Virus record (IMG/VR): IMGVR_UViG_2974673715_000001
Span: 112,496-176,495 of that record
DNA: 64,000 bases
Source: a virus
Lineage: Duplodnaviria; Caudoviricetes
Strand: one strand, 5' to 3'
The notes below the pieces were generated by a model. The model was given only the letters and a program-made list of their open reading frames with translations, was not told the DNA's origin and made no database searches. Each line of letters begins with the position of its first letter. Position 1 is the first letter of the stretch. This document shows, piece by piece, positions 1 through 9,425 of the stretch. Both the position numbers and the translations under genes were made by a program.

Positions 1-118
1 GGCACCATTTGGTTTTGTAACTGACGGAATGGAAGATGATTATTTTGCAGACGCACAGGGCGATGTGTGGAAAGTCGCGGAATACGGGGATAAATCCTAC
101 ATGTGGGAGTTTAGGTAA
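1..118 (+). CDS. g17: Terminase large subunit gp17, 3' end (partial)
   Basis: Frame starting at nt 2 reads APFGFVTDGMEDDYFADAQGDVWKVAEYGDKSYMWEFR*, the typical cyanophage gp17 C-terminus (APFGF); lies directly upstream of g18. Confidence 0.85.
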   Translation, partial: APFGFVTDGMEDDYFADAQGDVWKVAEYGDKSYMWEFR

Positions 119-129
119 GGTTTCAAAAA

Positions 130-137
130 TATAAATA
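130..137 (+). promoter_or_regulatory. T4-type late promoter TATAAATA
   Basis: Exact TATAAATA about 45 nt upstream of the g18 ATG. Confidence 0.8.
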
Positions 138-182
138 ATCCTAGACATCTGATGTTGGAATCACCCTAGGAGAAAATTAACC

Positions 183-2435
183 ATGGCAGCCAATCAATTA
201 TCGCCAGGTGTAGTGGTACAGGAGAGAGACCTTACTACTATTACCACATTATCGACCGCTAACGTTGGTGTGCTCGCTGCACCTTTTGAGCTCGGTCCTG
301 TTGAAGAAATCGTCGAAATCTCCAGTGAAAGGGATCTTGCAGAGCAATTTGGAAAACCGAATGAGTATAACTACGAGTATTGGTATACTGCAGCACAATT
401 TCTTTCCTATGGCGGACTACTAAAAACAGTTCGTGTTGACTCGACATCTCTCAAAAACGCAGTTAGTAATGGTACTGCAGTTAAAGTCAAGAATTTAAGT
501 GAGTATGAAACCACTTACGAAGGTGCTACTAACACATGGAAGTGGGCAGCAAGAACTTCTGGAACTAAAGGAAACTCTATCGGTGTATTTGTAACTGACG
601 CAGGTGCAGATCAAATCGCTGTTGTTCCTGCTCCTGGTTCAGGTAACGATCATGAATTCGTTGCTGATGAAGCACTCTCCGCAACTTCTGGTGCTGCAGG
701 TAAAGTATTCAAATACAGCATCGTATTAACAGTCACAACTGTTGTTGGCGACTTCGTTCCTGGCACTACTACAACTGTTTCAATCTCTGGTTCTAACCAG
801 ACAGTTACCGTTCTTGCTTGGGATCCTACTAACAAGAAACTTGAAATCGGTCTTCCTTCTGGTGGTATCACTGGTATCCTTGCTGATGGTCAGACTGTAA
901 CTCAAGGATCTAATACTTGTGTGATTGCATCATCTGGTATTGAAAGAAGAGTATATATTGGATTAAACAAAGGTAGTATTGAATTCGCTGCTGCTGATAG
1001 TATCGCTGATACTAACTCAACTGCTGTTTCAATCAGTTCTGTTCGTTCTGAGTATGCAGAGCGTGAGTATCTACCTGGTGCAAAATGGATTAACGTTGCT
1101 GCTCGTCCTTCTACTTCACTCTTTGCAAATAATGCAGGTGGATTTAGAGATGAACTTCACGTTCTAGTTATTGATATTGATGGTGGTATCACTGGAACAA
1201 CTGGTGCTGTTCTTGAGCGTTTTATTGGTCTTTCAAAAGCATCTGACGCTAAGACATCTGTTGGTGAAGCAAACTACTACAAAGAAGTAATCAAGCAAAA
1301 GTCTGAGTATATCTACTGGGGTTTACATGAAACAGGAGTATTCAATGCAACTGCTTCTGCTGCTGCAGGAAACTGGGGTTTAGCTGCTGCTTCTAGACAG
1401 TTTAACTTACTACGTTCTGCAGATGGTTCTACTGGTTATCCTGAGGGACGCACAACTGTAGGTTCTAAGAACAATGCAACATACTACTACAGATTAACTG
1501 GTGGTGTTGACTACGGTATTTCTGGTGGACTTTACAGTGTAACAAACACATCTCTTGCAACTGCATATGGTCTTGCAGAAGATCCTGAGTCACAAACAAT
1601 TGACTTCATTCTTACTGGTCCTTCTGGTGCAGATGATGCTTCTGCAATCGCTAAAGTAACTTCTCTAGTTAACATTGCTGAAGAAAGAAGAGATTGCTTA
1701 GTATTCGTTTCACCTCGTAGAGGAAACGTAATTGGAGTTACTAACTCTACTACTGCAACTGATAATATCGTTAACTTCTTCGATCTATTACCAAGTTCTT
1801 CTTACATGGTATTTGATTCTGGATACAAGTATATCTACGATAAGTATAACGATGTATACAGATACGTTCCAACCAACGGTGACATCGCAGGTTTGTGTTT
1901 ACAGACAACTGAGGTTGCAGAACCATGGTTCTCACCTGCAGGTTTCCAACGTGGTGTTCTAAGAAATGCTATCAAACTAGCATACACACCAACTAAGACA
2001 CAAAGAGATCGCTTGTATGCAAACAGAATCAACCCTGTCGTATCATTTCCTGGTCAAGGCGTCGTCCTCTTTGGTGACAAGACTGCACTCGGATTTGCAT
2101 CCGCGTTTGATAGAATCAACGTACGTCGTCTATTCCTCACCATCGAACGTGTTATCTCAGGTGCTGCTAAGGCACAACTCTTTGAGCAAAACGATGAAGC
2201 ACAGAGATCACTCTTCTTGAATATCATCGAACCTTATCTAAGAGATGTTCAAGGTCGTCGTGGTGTAACTGACTTCTTAGTCAAGTGTGATTCATCTAAC
2301 AACCCACCAGAGGCAGTTGATCGTGGAGAGTTCTACGCGGAGATTTTCGTGAAACCAACACGCACAATCAACTACATCACCTTGACATTTGTAGCAACTA
2401 GAACTGGAGTTGCCTTCAGCGAAGTAGCAAATTAA
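183..2435 (+). CDS. g18: Tail sheath protein gp18
   Basis: N-terminal LSPGVVVQERDLT; C-terminal WFSPAG, FDRINVRRLF and KPTRTINYITLTF motifs. Confidence 0.97.
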   Translation: MAANQLSPGVVVQERDLTTITTLSTANVGVLAAPFELGPVEEIVEISSERDLAEQFGKPNEYNYEYWYTAAQFLSYGGLLKTVRVDSTSLKNAVSNGTAVKVKNLSEYETTYEGATNTWKWAARTSGTKGNSIGVFVTDAGADQIAVVPAPGSGNDHEFVADEALSATSGAAGKVFKYSIVLTVTTVVGDFVPGTTTTVSISGSNQTVTVLAWDPTNKKLEIGLPSGGITGILADGQTVTQGSNTCVIASSGIERRVYIGLNKGSIEFAAADSIADTNSTAVSISSVRSEYAEREYLPGAKWINVAARPSTSLFANNAGGFRDELHVLVIDIDGGITGTTGAVLERFIGLSKASDAKTSVGEANYYKEVIKQKSEYIYWGLHETGVFNATASAAAGNWGLAAASRQFNLLRSADGSTGYPEGRTTVGSKNNATYYYRLTGGVDYGISGGLYSVTNTSLATAYGLAEDPESQTIDFILTGPSGADDASAIAKVTSLVNIAEERRDCLVFVSPRRGNVIGVTNSTTATDNIVNFFDLLPSSSYMVFDSGYKYIYDKYNDVYRYVPTNGDIAGLCLQTTEVAEPWFSPAGFQRGVLRNAIKLAYTPTKTQRDRLYANRINPVVSFPGQGVVLFGDKTALGFASAFDRINVRRLFLTIERVISGAAKAQLFEQNDEAQRSLFLNIIEPYLRDVQGRRGVTDFLVKCDSSNNPPEAVDRGEFYAEIFVKPTRTINYITLTFVATRTGVAFSEVAN

Positions 2436-2450
2436 ATTAAATACACACTT

Positions 2451-2491
2451 TTTTCAGAGGGTTTCCGCATCGGTACCCTCTGAAAATTTTT
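2451..2491 (+). terminator. Rho-independent terminator-like hairpin after g18
   Basis: ttttcagagggt...accctctgaaaa inverted repeat followed by a T run. Confidence 0.7.
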
Positions 2492-2528
2492 ATTAGTCTA
2501 AATATAACTGACGGAGACACCTAAAAAA

Positions 2529-3113
2529 ATGGCAAAAAGAGGAACGATTGACGATTTTAAGGCAAATGTCGCATCAGACTTTGCTCGTCCTAACCTATTC
2601 CAAGTTGATTTAGCATTTCCCTCTGGAATCATTAATAATTCTGATTTGGTAAACCTTGGTAAGTTCACTGTTCGTGCAGCGAATCTTCCTTCTTCCCAGA
2701 TTGGTGTTATTGAAGTTCCTTTCAGAGGACGTACGCTAAAGATCGCAGGAGACAGAACGTTTGAACCTTGGACAATCACTGTTATGAATGACAGTAAGTT
2801 TGTTCTAAGATCCGCATTTGAATTGTGGGCATCAAGCATTCAAGCATACAACGAAAACTTCACTTCCGCAGCAGGTCTTGGAGACGCAGATGATGCAACT
2901 GGATACTTTGCTGACATGAAGGTTCATCAATTAGCAAGAGATATTAAATCAGGAGAGAAACCAAAAGTTCTCAAATCATATAAGTTCTATAACATCTTCC
3001 CTAGTGCAATCGCAGCGATTGATCTAGATTACGGAAACAACGATGCAATCGAAGAATTCACCGTTGAGATGCAGGTTCAGTATTGGACTCCTCTAGCAGA
3101 CGCCAACGACTAA
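2529..3113 (+). CDS. g19: Tail tube protein gp19
   Basis: ARPNLF, IEVPFRGR.LKIAGDRTFEPWTITV and IEEFTVE motifs; synteny. Confidence 0.96.
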   Translation: MAKRGTIDDFKANVASDFARPNLFQVDLAFPSGIINNSDLVNLGKFTVRAANLPSSQIGVIEVPFRGRTLKIAGDRTFEPWTITVMNDSKFVLRSAFELWASSIQAYNENFTSAAGLGDADDATGYFADMKVHQLARDIKSGEKPKVLKSYKFYNIFPSAIAAIDLDYGNNDAIEEFTVEMQVQYWTPLADAND

Positions 3114-3154
3114 CCCGCTAAATAGAACAGGACCAATAATTAAAACATTTAATA

Positions 3155-4756
3155 ATGGCAAATCAGCTCTTCGGTTTTTCACTTGAGAGAGCGAAGAAGG
3201 TTCCTAAGGGACCTTCTTTTGTTCAAAAGGATAGTATGGATGGATCGCAACCTATTGTAGGGGGCGGTTACTATGGATATTCCGTCGATTTTGATGGCAC
3301 GGTTCGCAATGAGTATGAACTAATCACTCGTTACAGAGAGATGGTTCTACAACCAGAGTGCGATAGTGCGGTTGATGACATCGTGAATGAAACTATTTGT
3401 GGCAACTTTGACGACGTTCCCGTCGAAGTCGAGTTGTCTAACTTGAAACAATCCGACAAAATTAAAAAATTAATCAGGGAAGAGTTCCAAACAATTCTTC
3501 GCTTGCTTGATTTCGATAATAGATCGTACGAAATTTTCCGTCGTTGGTATGTCGATGGAAGATTATTTTATCATAAGGTTATCGATCCAGATAACCCTAG
3601 AAATGGTCTTACTGAGTTACGTTATATTGACCCTCGTAAGATTCGTAAGGTTACAGAGTATGATCAGAAACGTCCAAACGAACTTCGTGGACTAGATCTG
3701 AATGCTCAACTTACACAAAAATCTGCAGATTATTATCTATATAATCCTAAGGGTTTGAAGAACTCTGGATCTCAGCAAGGAATTAAAATTGCTGCGGATT
3801 CAATCACTTATTGTCATTCTGGTATACAGGATCTCAATAAGAATATGACATTAAGTCATCTACATAAAGCAATCAAAGCGGTTAACCAACTCCGTATGAT
3901 TGAAGACTCATTGGTAATCTATAGATTATCAAGAGCACCAGAAAGAAGAATTTTCTACATCGATGTAGGTAACCTTCCTAAGAACAAAGCGGAACAATAC
4001 CTCCGTGAAGTTATGGGAAGGTATCGTAATAAATTGGTGTATGACGCAAACACTGGTGAGATTAAAGATGACAAGAAGTTCATGTCCATGTTGGAAGACT
4101 TCTGGTTACCTCGTCGTGAAGGCGGTAGAGGAACTGAGATATCCACTCTTCCTGGCGGACAAAACCTTGGTGAACTAGAAGACGTTAAGTATTTCCAGAA
4201 AAAGTTATACAAAGCGTTGAACGTACCGTCATCAAGACTTGAGACTGAGACTACCTTTAACATAGGTCGTGCTGCTGAAATTACTAGGGACGAAGTAAAG
4301 TTCCAGAAATTTATTGCACGTCTCCGCAAGAGATTCTCAGAATTGTTTATGGATCTCCTTAAAACTCAACTCGTTCTGAAGGGCACAATGACTCTTGAGG
4401 ATTGGGATGATATCAAAGAACATATTCAATTTGACTTTATTGCTGACAACTACTTCACTGAACTGAAGGAAATTGAAATCCGCAATGAGCGTATGAATCA
4501 AGTGAACACAATGGATCCTTACGTTGGTAAATACTTCTCTATTGAGTATATGCGTCGTCAGGTTCTAAAACAAACTGAACAGGAGATTAAGGAAATTGAC
4601 AAACAAATGGATTCTGAACGAGAAGCAGGTCTTATACTTGATCCAGAGCAAGCAATGGATCCCGCTATGGATCCTGGCGCTGCCCCAAATGGGGAAGTAG
4701 CTCCACAAGAAACTCCTCAAGTAGACGCGGGTGACGCGAAACGGGGAGAAATCTAA
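3155..4756 (+). CDS. g20: Portal vertex protein gp20
   Basis: LHKAIKAVNQLRMIEDSLVIYRLSRAPERRIFYIDVGNLPK and EDFWLPRREGGRGTEI motifs. Confidence 0.98.
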   Translation: MANQLFGFSLERAKKVPKGPSFVQKDSMDGSQPIVGGGYYGYSVDFDGTVRNEYELITRYREMVLQPECDSAVDDIVNETICGNFDDVPVEVELSNLKQSDKIKKLIREEFQTILRLLDFDNRSYEIFRRWYVDGRLFYHKVIDPDNPRNGLTELRYIDPRKIRKVTEYDQKRPNELRGLDLNAQLTQKSADYYLYNPKGLKNSGSQQGIKIAADSITYCHSGIQDLNKNMTLSHLHKAIKAVNQLRMIEDSLVIYRLSRAPERRIFYIDVGNLPKNKAEQYLREVMGRYRNKLVYDANTGEIKDDKKFMSMLEDFWLPRREGGRGTEISTLPGGQNLGELEDVKYFQKKLYKALNVPSSRLETETTFNIGRAAEITRDEVKFQKFIARLRKRFSELFMDLLKTQLVLKGTMTLEDWDDIKEHIQFDFIADNYFTELKEIEIRNERMNQVNTMDPYVGKYFSIEYMRRQVLKQTEQEIKEIDKQMDSEREAGLILDPEQAMDPAMDPGAAPNGEVAPQETPQVDAGDAKRGEI

Positions 4757-4758
4757 AC

Positions 4759-4766
4759 TATAAATA
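4759..4766 (+). promoter_or_regulatory. Late promoter TATAAATA
   Basis: Exact consensus 21 nt upstream of the next ATG. Confidence 0.75.
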
Positions 4767-4786
4767 ATAAATGTGAAAGGAAAATT

Positions 4787-5137
4787 ATGCCTACTGAAAT
4801 TGCAAAACAAATAGTTCAACAAATCTTCGGAGACGACAAAGCGAAAGCAGTTGACTCCGTGAATGATGCATTGGCTGCAACTGCATATGATGCCATTCAA
4901 GCAAGAAAGGTTGAGTTCGCAAAAAGTATGGGGTTTGAACTAGATGATACCGCACAGGATGCTGCAGATGAAATTGCAGATAACCTACCTGACGGAACTG
5001 ACGAACCTGAAACTGTTGAAGTTGATGGTCGCAAACCTGAAGATCCACCAGAAGAACCAGAAGCACCCGTTGCTGACGGAACACCTTCTTCTGTAGAAGA
5101 ACCAATCGAGGAACCAACCGATGAGACTAATAGCTGA
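4787..5137 (+). CDS. Acidic prohead core protein (gp67-like position)
   Basis: Lies between g20 and g21; acidic, Pro/Glu-rich C-terminus. Confidence 0.65.
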   Translation: MPTEIAKQIVQQIFGDDKAKAVDSVNDALAATAYDAIQARKVEFAKSMGFELDDTAQDAADEIADNLPDGTDEPETVEVDGRKPEDPPEEPEAPVADGTPSSVEEPIEEPTDETNS

Positions 5138-5765
5138 AGAAATTACAAACGTTGATTTTATCTGCGAAGATAAAGAAGGCAAGAAAAATTACTTCATTGA
5201 AGGTGTCTTTCTACAAGCGGAATTAAAAAACCGCAACAATAGAATGTATCCCTTGAAGACTTTATCCAAAGAAGTCGCTAAATATGATGAGAACTACATT
5301 CAAAAAGGGCGTGCCCTTGGAGAATTAGGTCATCCTGATGGTCCGTCAATTAACCTTGACCGCGTTTCCCATAAGATTCTTTCTCTAAAGGAAGATGGAA
5401 ACAACTTCATAGGTAGAGCAAAACTGCTAGACACACCTATGGGTGGAATCGCAAAGAACCTCTTAGATGAGGGTGTCAAACTAGGTGTTTCATCTAGAGG
5501 CATGGGTTCAATTCGTAAAGAAGAGAACTGTAATGTTGTTATGGACGACTTTATGCTCGCAACTGCAGCAGATATAGTCGCCGATCCTTCCGCTCCTGAT
5601 GCTTTTGTCAATGGAATTATGGAAGGAAAGGAGTGGGTTTGGGACAATGGAGTCCTAAAAGAAGCTGCTGTGGCAGAAATTAAACAAGAAATTGATCAAG
5701 CAACTCTAATTAATCTCCAAGAACGTAAGGTTTCCGCGTTTGAGGCGTTTTTAAAGAGTTTGTGA
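5121..5765 (+). CDS. g21: Prohead protease gp21
   Basis: NRNNRMYP, ALGELGHP, VSH, GVSSRGMGS and DIVADPSAPDA motifs. Confidence 0.97.
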   Translation: MRLIAEEITNVDFICEDKEGKKNYFIEGVFLQAELKNRNNRMYPLKTLSKEVAKYDENYIQKGRALGELGHPDGPSINLDRVSHKILSLKEDGNNFIGRAKLLDTPMGGIAKNLLDEGVKLGVSSRGMGSIRKEENCNVVMDDFMLATAADIVADPSAPDAFVNGIMEGKEWVWDNGVLKEAAVAEIKQEIDQATLINLQERKVSAFEAFLKSL

Positions 5766-5767
5766 TT

Positions 5768-5775
5768 TATAAATA
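5768..5775 (+). promoter_or_regulatory. Late promoter TATAAATA
   Basis: Exact consensus upstream of g22. Confidence 0.75.
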
Positions 5776-5813
5776 AATACAGACAACGCTAATGCATAAC
5801 GGAGTTTAAACAA

Positions 5814-6860
5814 ATGGCTGAGACCCTCGATAAAGAGTTAGATAACATGGAGCAAGTGGACGAAGGCTCTGATCCTATCACCAAGAACGCAAAACCTGGT
5901 GAGAAGATGGACACTTCCAAAGCAGGAAGTCCAAAAAAAGTCGTCAACGTAGAAGGACCTGTAGGTGCTTCAATGGAAGGCGCAAAAGGAACTAAGAACG
6001 CAGGTAGTTCTGCTGCAGGTGCAGTGAACTATGAGGGTTCTAAGTCTCTGAGCACAAAACCAAGTGCTGCATCCGCAAAACAAGAGGAGGTAGAAACGGA
6101 AGATGGCGAAAAAGAAGAAATCGCTGAAACCAAGTACGACTTTACTCAGGATGTTGACGCTCTTGTCGCAGGTGAAGAACTATCAGAAGAGTTCCGAGTA
6201 AAAGCAGCTACTATTTTTGAAGCAGCTGTTACTGCCAAAGTTAACGACGAAGTTAAAGCGTTGCAAGAAGCGTTTGAAACTACGCTGACTGAAGAAGTCG
6301 AAAAAGTTCAAACAGAATTGGCCGAGAAGGTTGACGATTACTTGTCTTATGCTGCCGAGCAATGGATGAAGGAAAACTCATTGCAAATCGAGCATGGCAT
6401 CAAGACTGAGATGGCAGAATCGTTCTTCAAAGGTCTAAAAGGTCTCTTCTTAGAGCACAACTTTACAGTGCCTGAGGAGAAGTTCAACCTGCTAGATGGA
6501 ATGGCAGGTGAGCTTGATGATATGGAAGCTAAACTCAACGAGCAAATCGACACTAATGTTGCTTTGAACAAGCGCATTGGTGAGTTTGTAAAAATGGAAA
6601 TTGTGAACGACGCAGCTACTGGACTAGCAGAAACCCAAAAGGAGAAGTTAGCATCATTAGCAGAGGGTGTTGAGTTTGAAAATGAAGAAGATTTTCGCAA
6701 GAAGGTCGAAACTATCAAGGAATCCTACTTTACTAAGAAGGCTGAAGTCGCTACAAAAGCAACTGAACCCACTGAAGAAAGTTCCGCTCCTTTGGTAGAA
6801 GATACTAACAGCAGCACAATGTCGAAGTACGTTGATGCACTCGCTCGTTGGTCCAAATAA
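5814..6860 (+). CDS. g22: Prohead scaffold protein gp22
   Basis: Acidic coiled-coil with KAATIFEAAV, KVDDYLSY and IKESYF; between g21 and g23. Confidence 0.95.
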   Translation: MAETLDKELDNMEQVDEGSDPITKNAKPGEKMDTSKAGSPKKVVNVEGPVGASMEGAKGTKNAGSSAAGAVNYEGSKSLSTKPSAASAKQEEVETEDGEKEEIAETKYDFTQDVDALVAGEELSEEFRVKAATIFEAAVTAKVNDEVKALQEAFETTLTEEVEKVQTELAEKVDDYLSYAAEQWMKENSLQIEHGIKTEMAESFFKGLKGLFLEHNFTVPEEKFNLLDGMAGELDDMEAKLNEQIDTNVALNKRIGEFVKMEIVNDAATGLAETQKEKLASLAEGVEFENEEDFRKKVETIKESYFTKKAEVATKATEPTEESSAPLVEDTNSSTMSKYVDALARWSK

Positions 6861-6891
6861 TTAACTACTAATCCCAAGAGGTAAATTTAAA

Positions 6892-8289
6892 ATGTCTTTA
6901 AATCAACTTCAGGAGAAGTGGGCACCCGTTCTAAATCACGAATCTCTACCTGAGATTGATGATGCACATAAGCGTGGCGTCGTAGCACAACTCCTAGAGA
7001 ACCAAGAAAAAGCATTAGTCGAAGAAGGACAAATCCTTACAGAGACTCTACAAACCGCAGGTACAGGTGGTTTCGGTGGCGGTGCCACTGCAACAGGTCC
7101 TGTAGCAGGTTTCGACCCAGTATTGATCAGTCTTATCAGACGTTCAATGCCACAATTAATTGCATATGATATTGCAGGTGTCCAGCCAATGACTGGTCCT
7201 ACAGGTCTTATCTTTGCAATGAGAACACAGTACGGTACTGAAAGAGATCCTTCCAGTGGCGATTACAGAGAAGCATTCTTTAATGAGCCTAACGCAGGTT
7301 TCTCTGGTGCTGATGGTAACCGTCTTGCTGACTACGATCCAACTGCATCTGGTGGTTCTGCCATTAACGATGCTGAAGGTGCTAACCCAGGTCTTCTTAA
7401 TGATTCCCCTGCAGGAACATATGAGTTGACAGGTGACGCTCAAGGAATGAACACCACTGCTCTTGAAGCAATTACAGATGCTGCTGCAGCAACTGCCTTC
7501 AGAGAAATGGGTTTCTCAATCGAGAAAGTTACTGTTACTGCTAAAGCTCGCGCTTTAAAGGCAGAGTACAGTATTGAGCTTGCTCAAGACTTGAAAGCAA
7601 TTCATGGTCTTGATGCCGAGCAGGAGTTAGCAAACATTCTTTCAACTGAAATCCTTGCTGAAATCAACAGGGAAGTTGTTAGAACAATCTATGTTAACGC
7701 TGTTGCAGGTGCTCAAAACAACACTGCTAACGCAGGTATCTTCGACCTTGACGTTGACTCAAATGGTAGATGGTCTGTTGAGAAATTCAAAGGACTTCTG
7801 TTCCAGATTGAAAGAGACGCAAACGCAATCGGTCATCAGACACGTCGCGGAAAGGGTAATATCATCATCGCATCTGCTGATGTTGTATCTGCTCTTGGTA
7901 TGGCTGGCGTTCTTGATTACGCTCCTGGTCTTCAAGGTAACAATGGTCTTGTTCCTGATGACACATCTTCAACTCTTGTTGGAACTCTTAACGGAAGAAT
8001 CAAGGTTTACGTTGACCCATATTCAGCAAACGTAAGTGACAAGCACTACTACGTTGCAGGCTACAAAGGAACTTCTCCTTATGACGCAGGATTATTCTAC
8101 TGCCCATATGTACCTTTACAGCAAGTCAGAGCAATCAACCCTGACACATTCCAGCCAAAAATTGGATTTAAGACTAGATACGGTATGGTTTCTAACCCAT
8201 TCGCTCAAGGTCTTACCCAAGGTTCTGGAGCACTTACTGCTAATACTAACAAGTATTACAGAAGAGTTCAGGTTGCTAACTTAATGTAA
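6892..8289 (+). CDS. g23: Major capsid protein gp23
   Basis: GVQPMTGPTGLIFAMR, RALKAEYSIELAQDLKAIHGLDAE and FQPKIGFKTRYG motifs. Confidence 0.99.
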   Translation: MSLNQLQEKWAPVLNHESLPEIDDAHKRGVVAQLLENQEKALVEEGQILTETLQTAGTGGFGGGATATGPVAGFDPVLISLIRRSMPQLIAYDIAGVQPMTGPTGLIFAMRTQYGTERDPSSGDYREAFFNEPNAGFSGADGNRLADYDPTASGGSAINDAEGANPGLLNDSPAGTYELTGDAQGMNTTALEAITDAAAATAFREMGFSIEKVTVTAKARALKAEYSIELAQDLKAIHGLDAEQELANILSTEILAEINREVVRTIYVNAVAGAQNNTANAGIFDLDVDSNGRWSVEKFKGLLFQIERDANAIGHQTRRGKGNIIIASADVVSALGMAGVLDYAPGLQGNNGLVPDDTSSTLVGTLNGRIKVYVDPYSANVSDKHYYVAGYKGTSPYDAGLFYCPYVPLQQVRAINPDTFQPKIGFKTRYGMVSNPFAQGLTQGSGALTANTNKYYRRVQVANLM

Positions 8290-8312
8290 TAAGTATTATT
8301 ACTTAACTTTCT

Positions 8313-8339
8313 AGAGGGTGCTTGACACCCTCTTTTTTT
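8313..8339 (+). terminator. Terminator after g23, with a TTGACA -35 across its loop
   Basis: agagggtg-cttga-caccctct followed by a T run. Confidence 0.85.
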
Positions 8340-8349
8340 ATGCTATAGT
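8322..8349 (+). promoter_or_regulatory. Sigma70-like promoter for the downstream RNA
   Basis: TTGACA (8322-27), 16 nt, TATAGT (8344-49), preceded by an extended -10 TG. Confidence 0.6.
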
Positions 8350-8369
8350 ATATTTGTTGGACGCAACAC

Positions 8370-8545
8370 TGGGAGTGACTGAATAAACTTACTGGCATAT
8401 AGCTGGTTAAGGTGATGCGACAGAGGTGGTGCTCGCTGTCAGGAATGGCAGAACTACAAACCAAGTAGGTCGTAGGCAGAGTGGTAATTCTAAACTGTAG
8501 AAATGCCCTGCTCTTGTTGGTATACAGGAATCCAACCTCCCCCAT
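8370..8545 (+). ncRNA. Structured RNA, probably the manA RNA motif
   Basis: GC-richer non-coding ~175 nt closed by GGGAG...CTCCC, with internal hairpins (gttgg...ccaac; ggcagag...ctgct); resembles the cyanophage manA motif from memory. Confidence 0.6.
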
Positions 8546-8675
8546 TAATTTTTTTGTAGAAGGGTAAAGTACCTAGTGAGATTGTCAGGTTTCCCTTATA
8601 AGTAGTAATAGAATTAGGGTTAACAAGATGCACTAAACCTTCTTTGTTATTCACTTCAAAAATGGAGAGAGATTT

Positions 8676-8822
8676 ATGCACAACCTAGTATCATATAATC
8701 AATTAGCAGGTTCTTACGAGGAAGAACACGACACACGGCTAACAGAATACTACGAGTGTTTAATCGAATGTGACGACCAACAACAGATCTGTAAAAGAAT
8801 TTGCAGAGAGGTTCTTATGTAA
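8676..8822 (+). CDS. Small Cys-rich conserved picocyanobacterial-type protein (48 aa)
   Basis: MHNLVSYNQLAGSYEEEHDTRLTEYYECLIECDDQQQICKRICREVLM; GGAG SD upstream; terminator downstream; not in the ORF track. Confidence 0.75.
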   Translation: MHNLVSYNQLAGSYEEEHDTRLTEYYECLIECDDQQQICKRICREVLM

Positions 8823-8843
8823 CACATATTCGGGAAGACTTAG

Positions 8844-8870
8844 AAAGGGGGCAGAGATGCTCCCTTTTTT
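8844..8870 (+). terminator. Rho-independent terminator
   Basis: aaagggggca-gaga-tgctcccttt followed by Ts. Confidence 0.75.
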
Positions 8871-8906
8871 ATGTGCTAAATAGCTCTATCACAATGGAAT
8901 TATATT

Positions 8907-9104
8907 ATGGATTATAATCCTTATTCTCCTGAGTGGCATCGAAAAAGGTATCTAAAGGAAGCACTTTTTAAATACCTTGACGACTACGTTGAGAACGATA
9001 TCATTATAAATGATATCAAAGATATCCTTCACAGTAGATCTGATGAAGCGTACAAAGAGTATACTAAACTCAATCAACTATCCGCCAAACTCAGTAAAGA
9101 ATAA
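8907..9104 (+). CDS. Hypothetical protein
   Basis: 65 aa ORF after a CTAAATA late-promoter variant; MDYNPYSPEWHRKRYLKEAL. Confidence 0.75.
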   Translation: MDYNPYSPEWHRKRYLKEALFKYLDDYVENDIIINDIKDILHSRSDEAYKEYTKLNQLSAKLSKE

Positions 9105-9107
9105 CAA

Positions 9108-9425
9108 ATGCTTTCAACCCAATACCGACTCCGACTGGAGTCTATCTGTAAACAGATCGTAGATGGTGAAAATGTCAAACTAGAAGACATGATTTGGGCA
9201 CAAAAACTAGCAAAAAGAAATACCACTGCTGCCACTTGGATGCGACAAGCACGACAGAAAGCAGCAAATCCTGACATGAAAAATGGAGGGACGGACGATT
9301 TTCTGAATAAGATGGGGTTAGGAGAACCCGACCCATCGGATTATAGAAGCGGGTTCAATAGTGCAGATGACATTGGTGAATGGTTTAACAGAGAGAAACC
9401 TGACGACTGGAGACAACGAGACTAA
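9108..9425 (+). CDS. Conserved cyanophage hypothetical protein
   Basis: MLSTQYRLRLE...PDDWRQRD; stop overlaps the g3 start. Confidence 0.8.
   Translation: MLSTQYRLRLESICKQIVDGENVKLEDMIWAQKLAKRNTTAATWMRQARQKAANPDMKNGGTDDFLNKMGLGEPDPSDYRSGFNSADDIGEWFNREKPDDWRQRD

Noticed and set aside
259-8284. Many 60-125 aa alternative-frame and antisense ORFs inside g18-g23 (and similarly inside g43, g41, nrdA and psbA)
   Set aside because: Shadow ORFs arising from codon bias; no SD, promoter or recognisable motifs
8676-8822. CP12 assignment for the four-Cys micro-protein
   Set aside because: It lacks the AWD_VEEL core and the CxxxPxxxxC C-terminal spacing of CP12, and it is not next to talC
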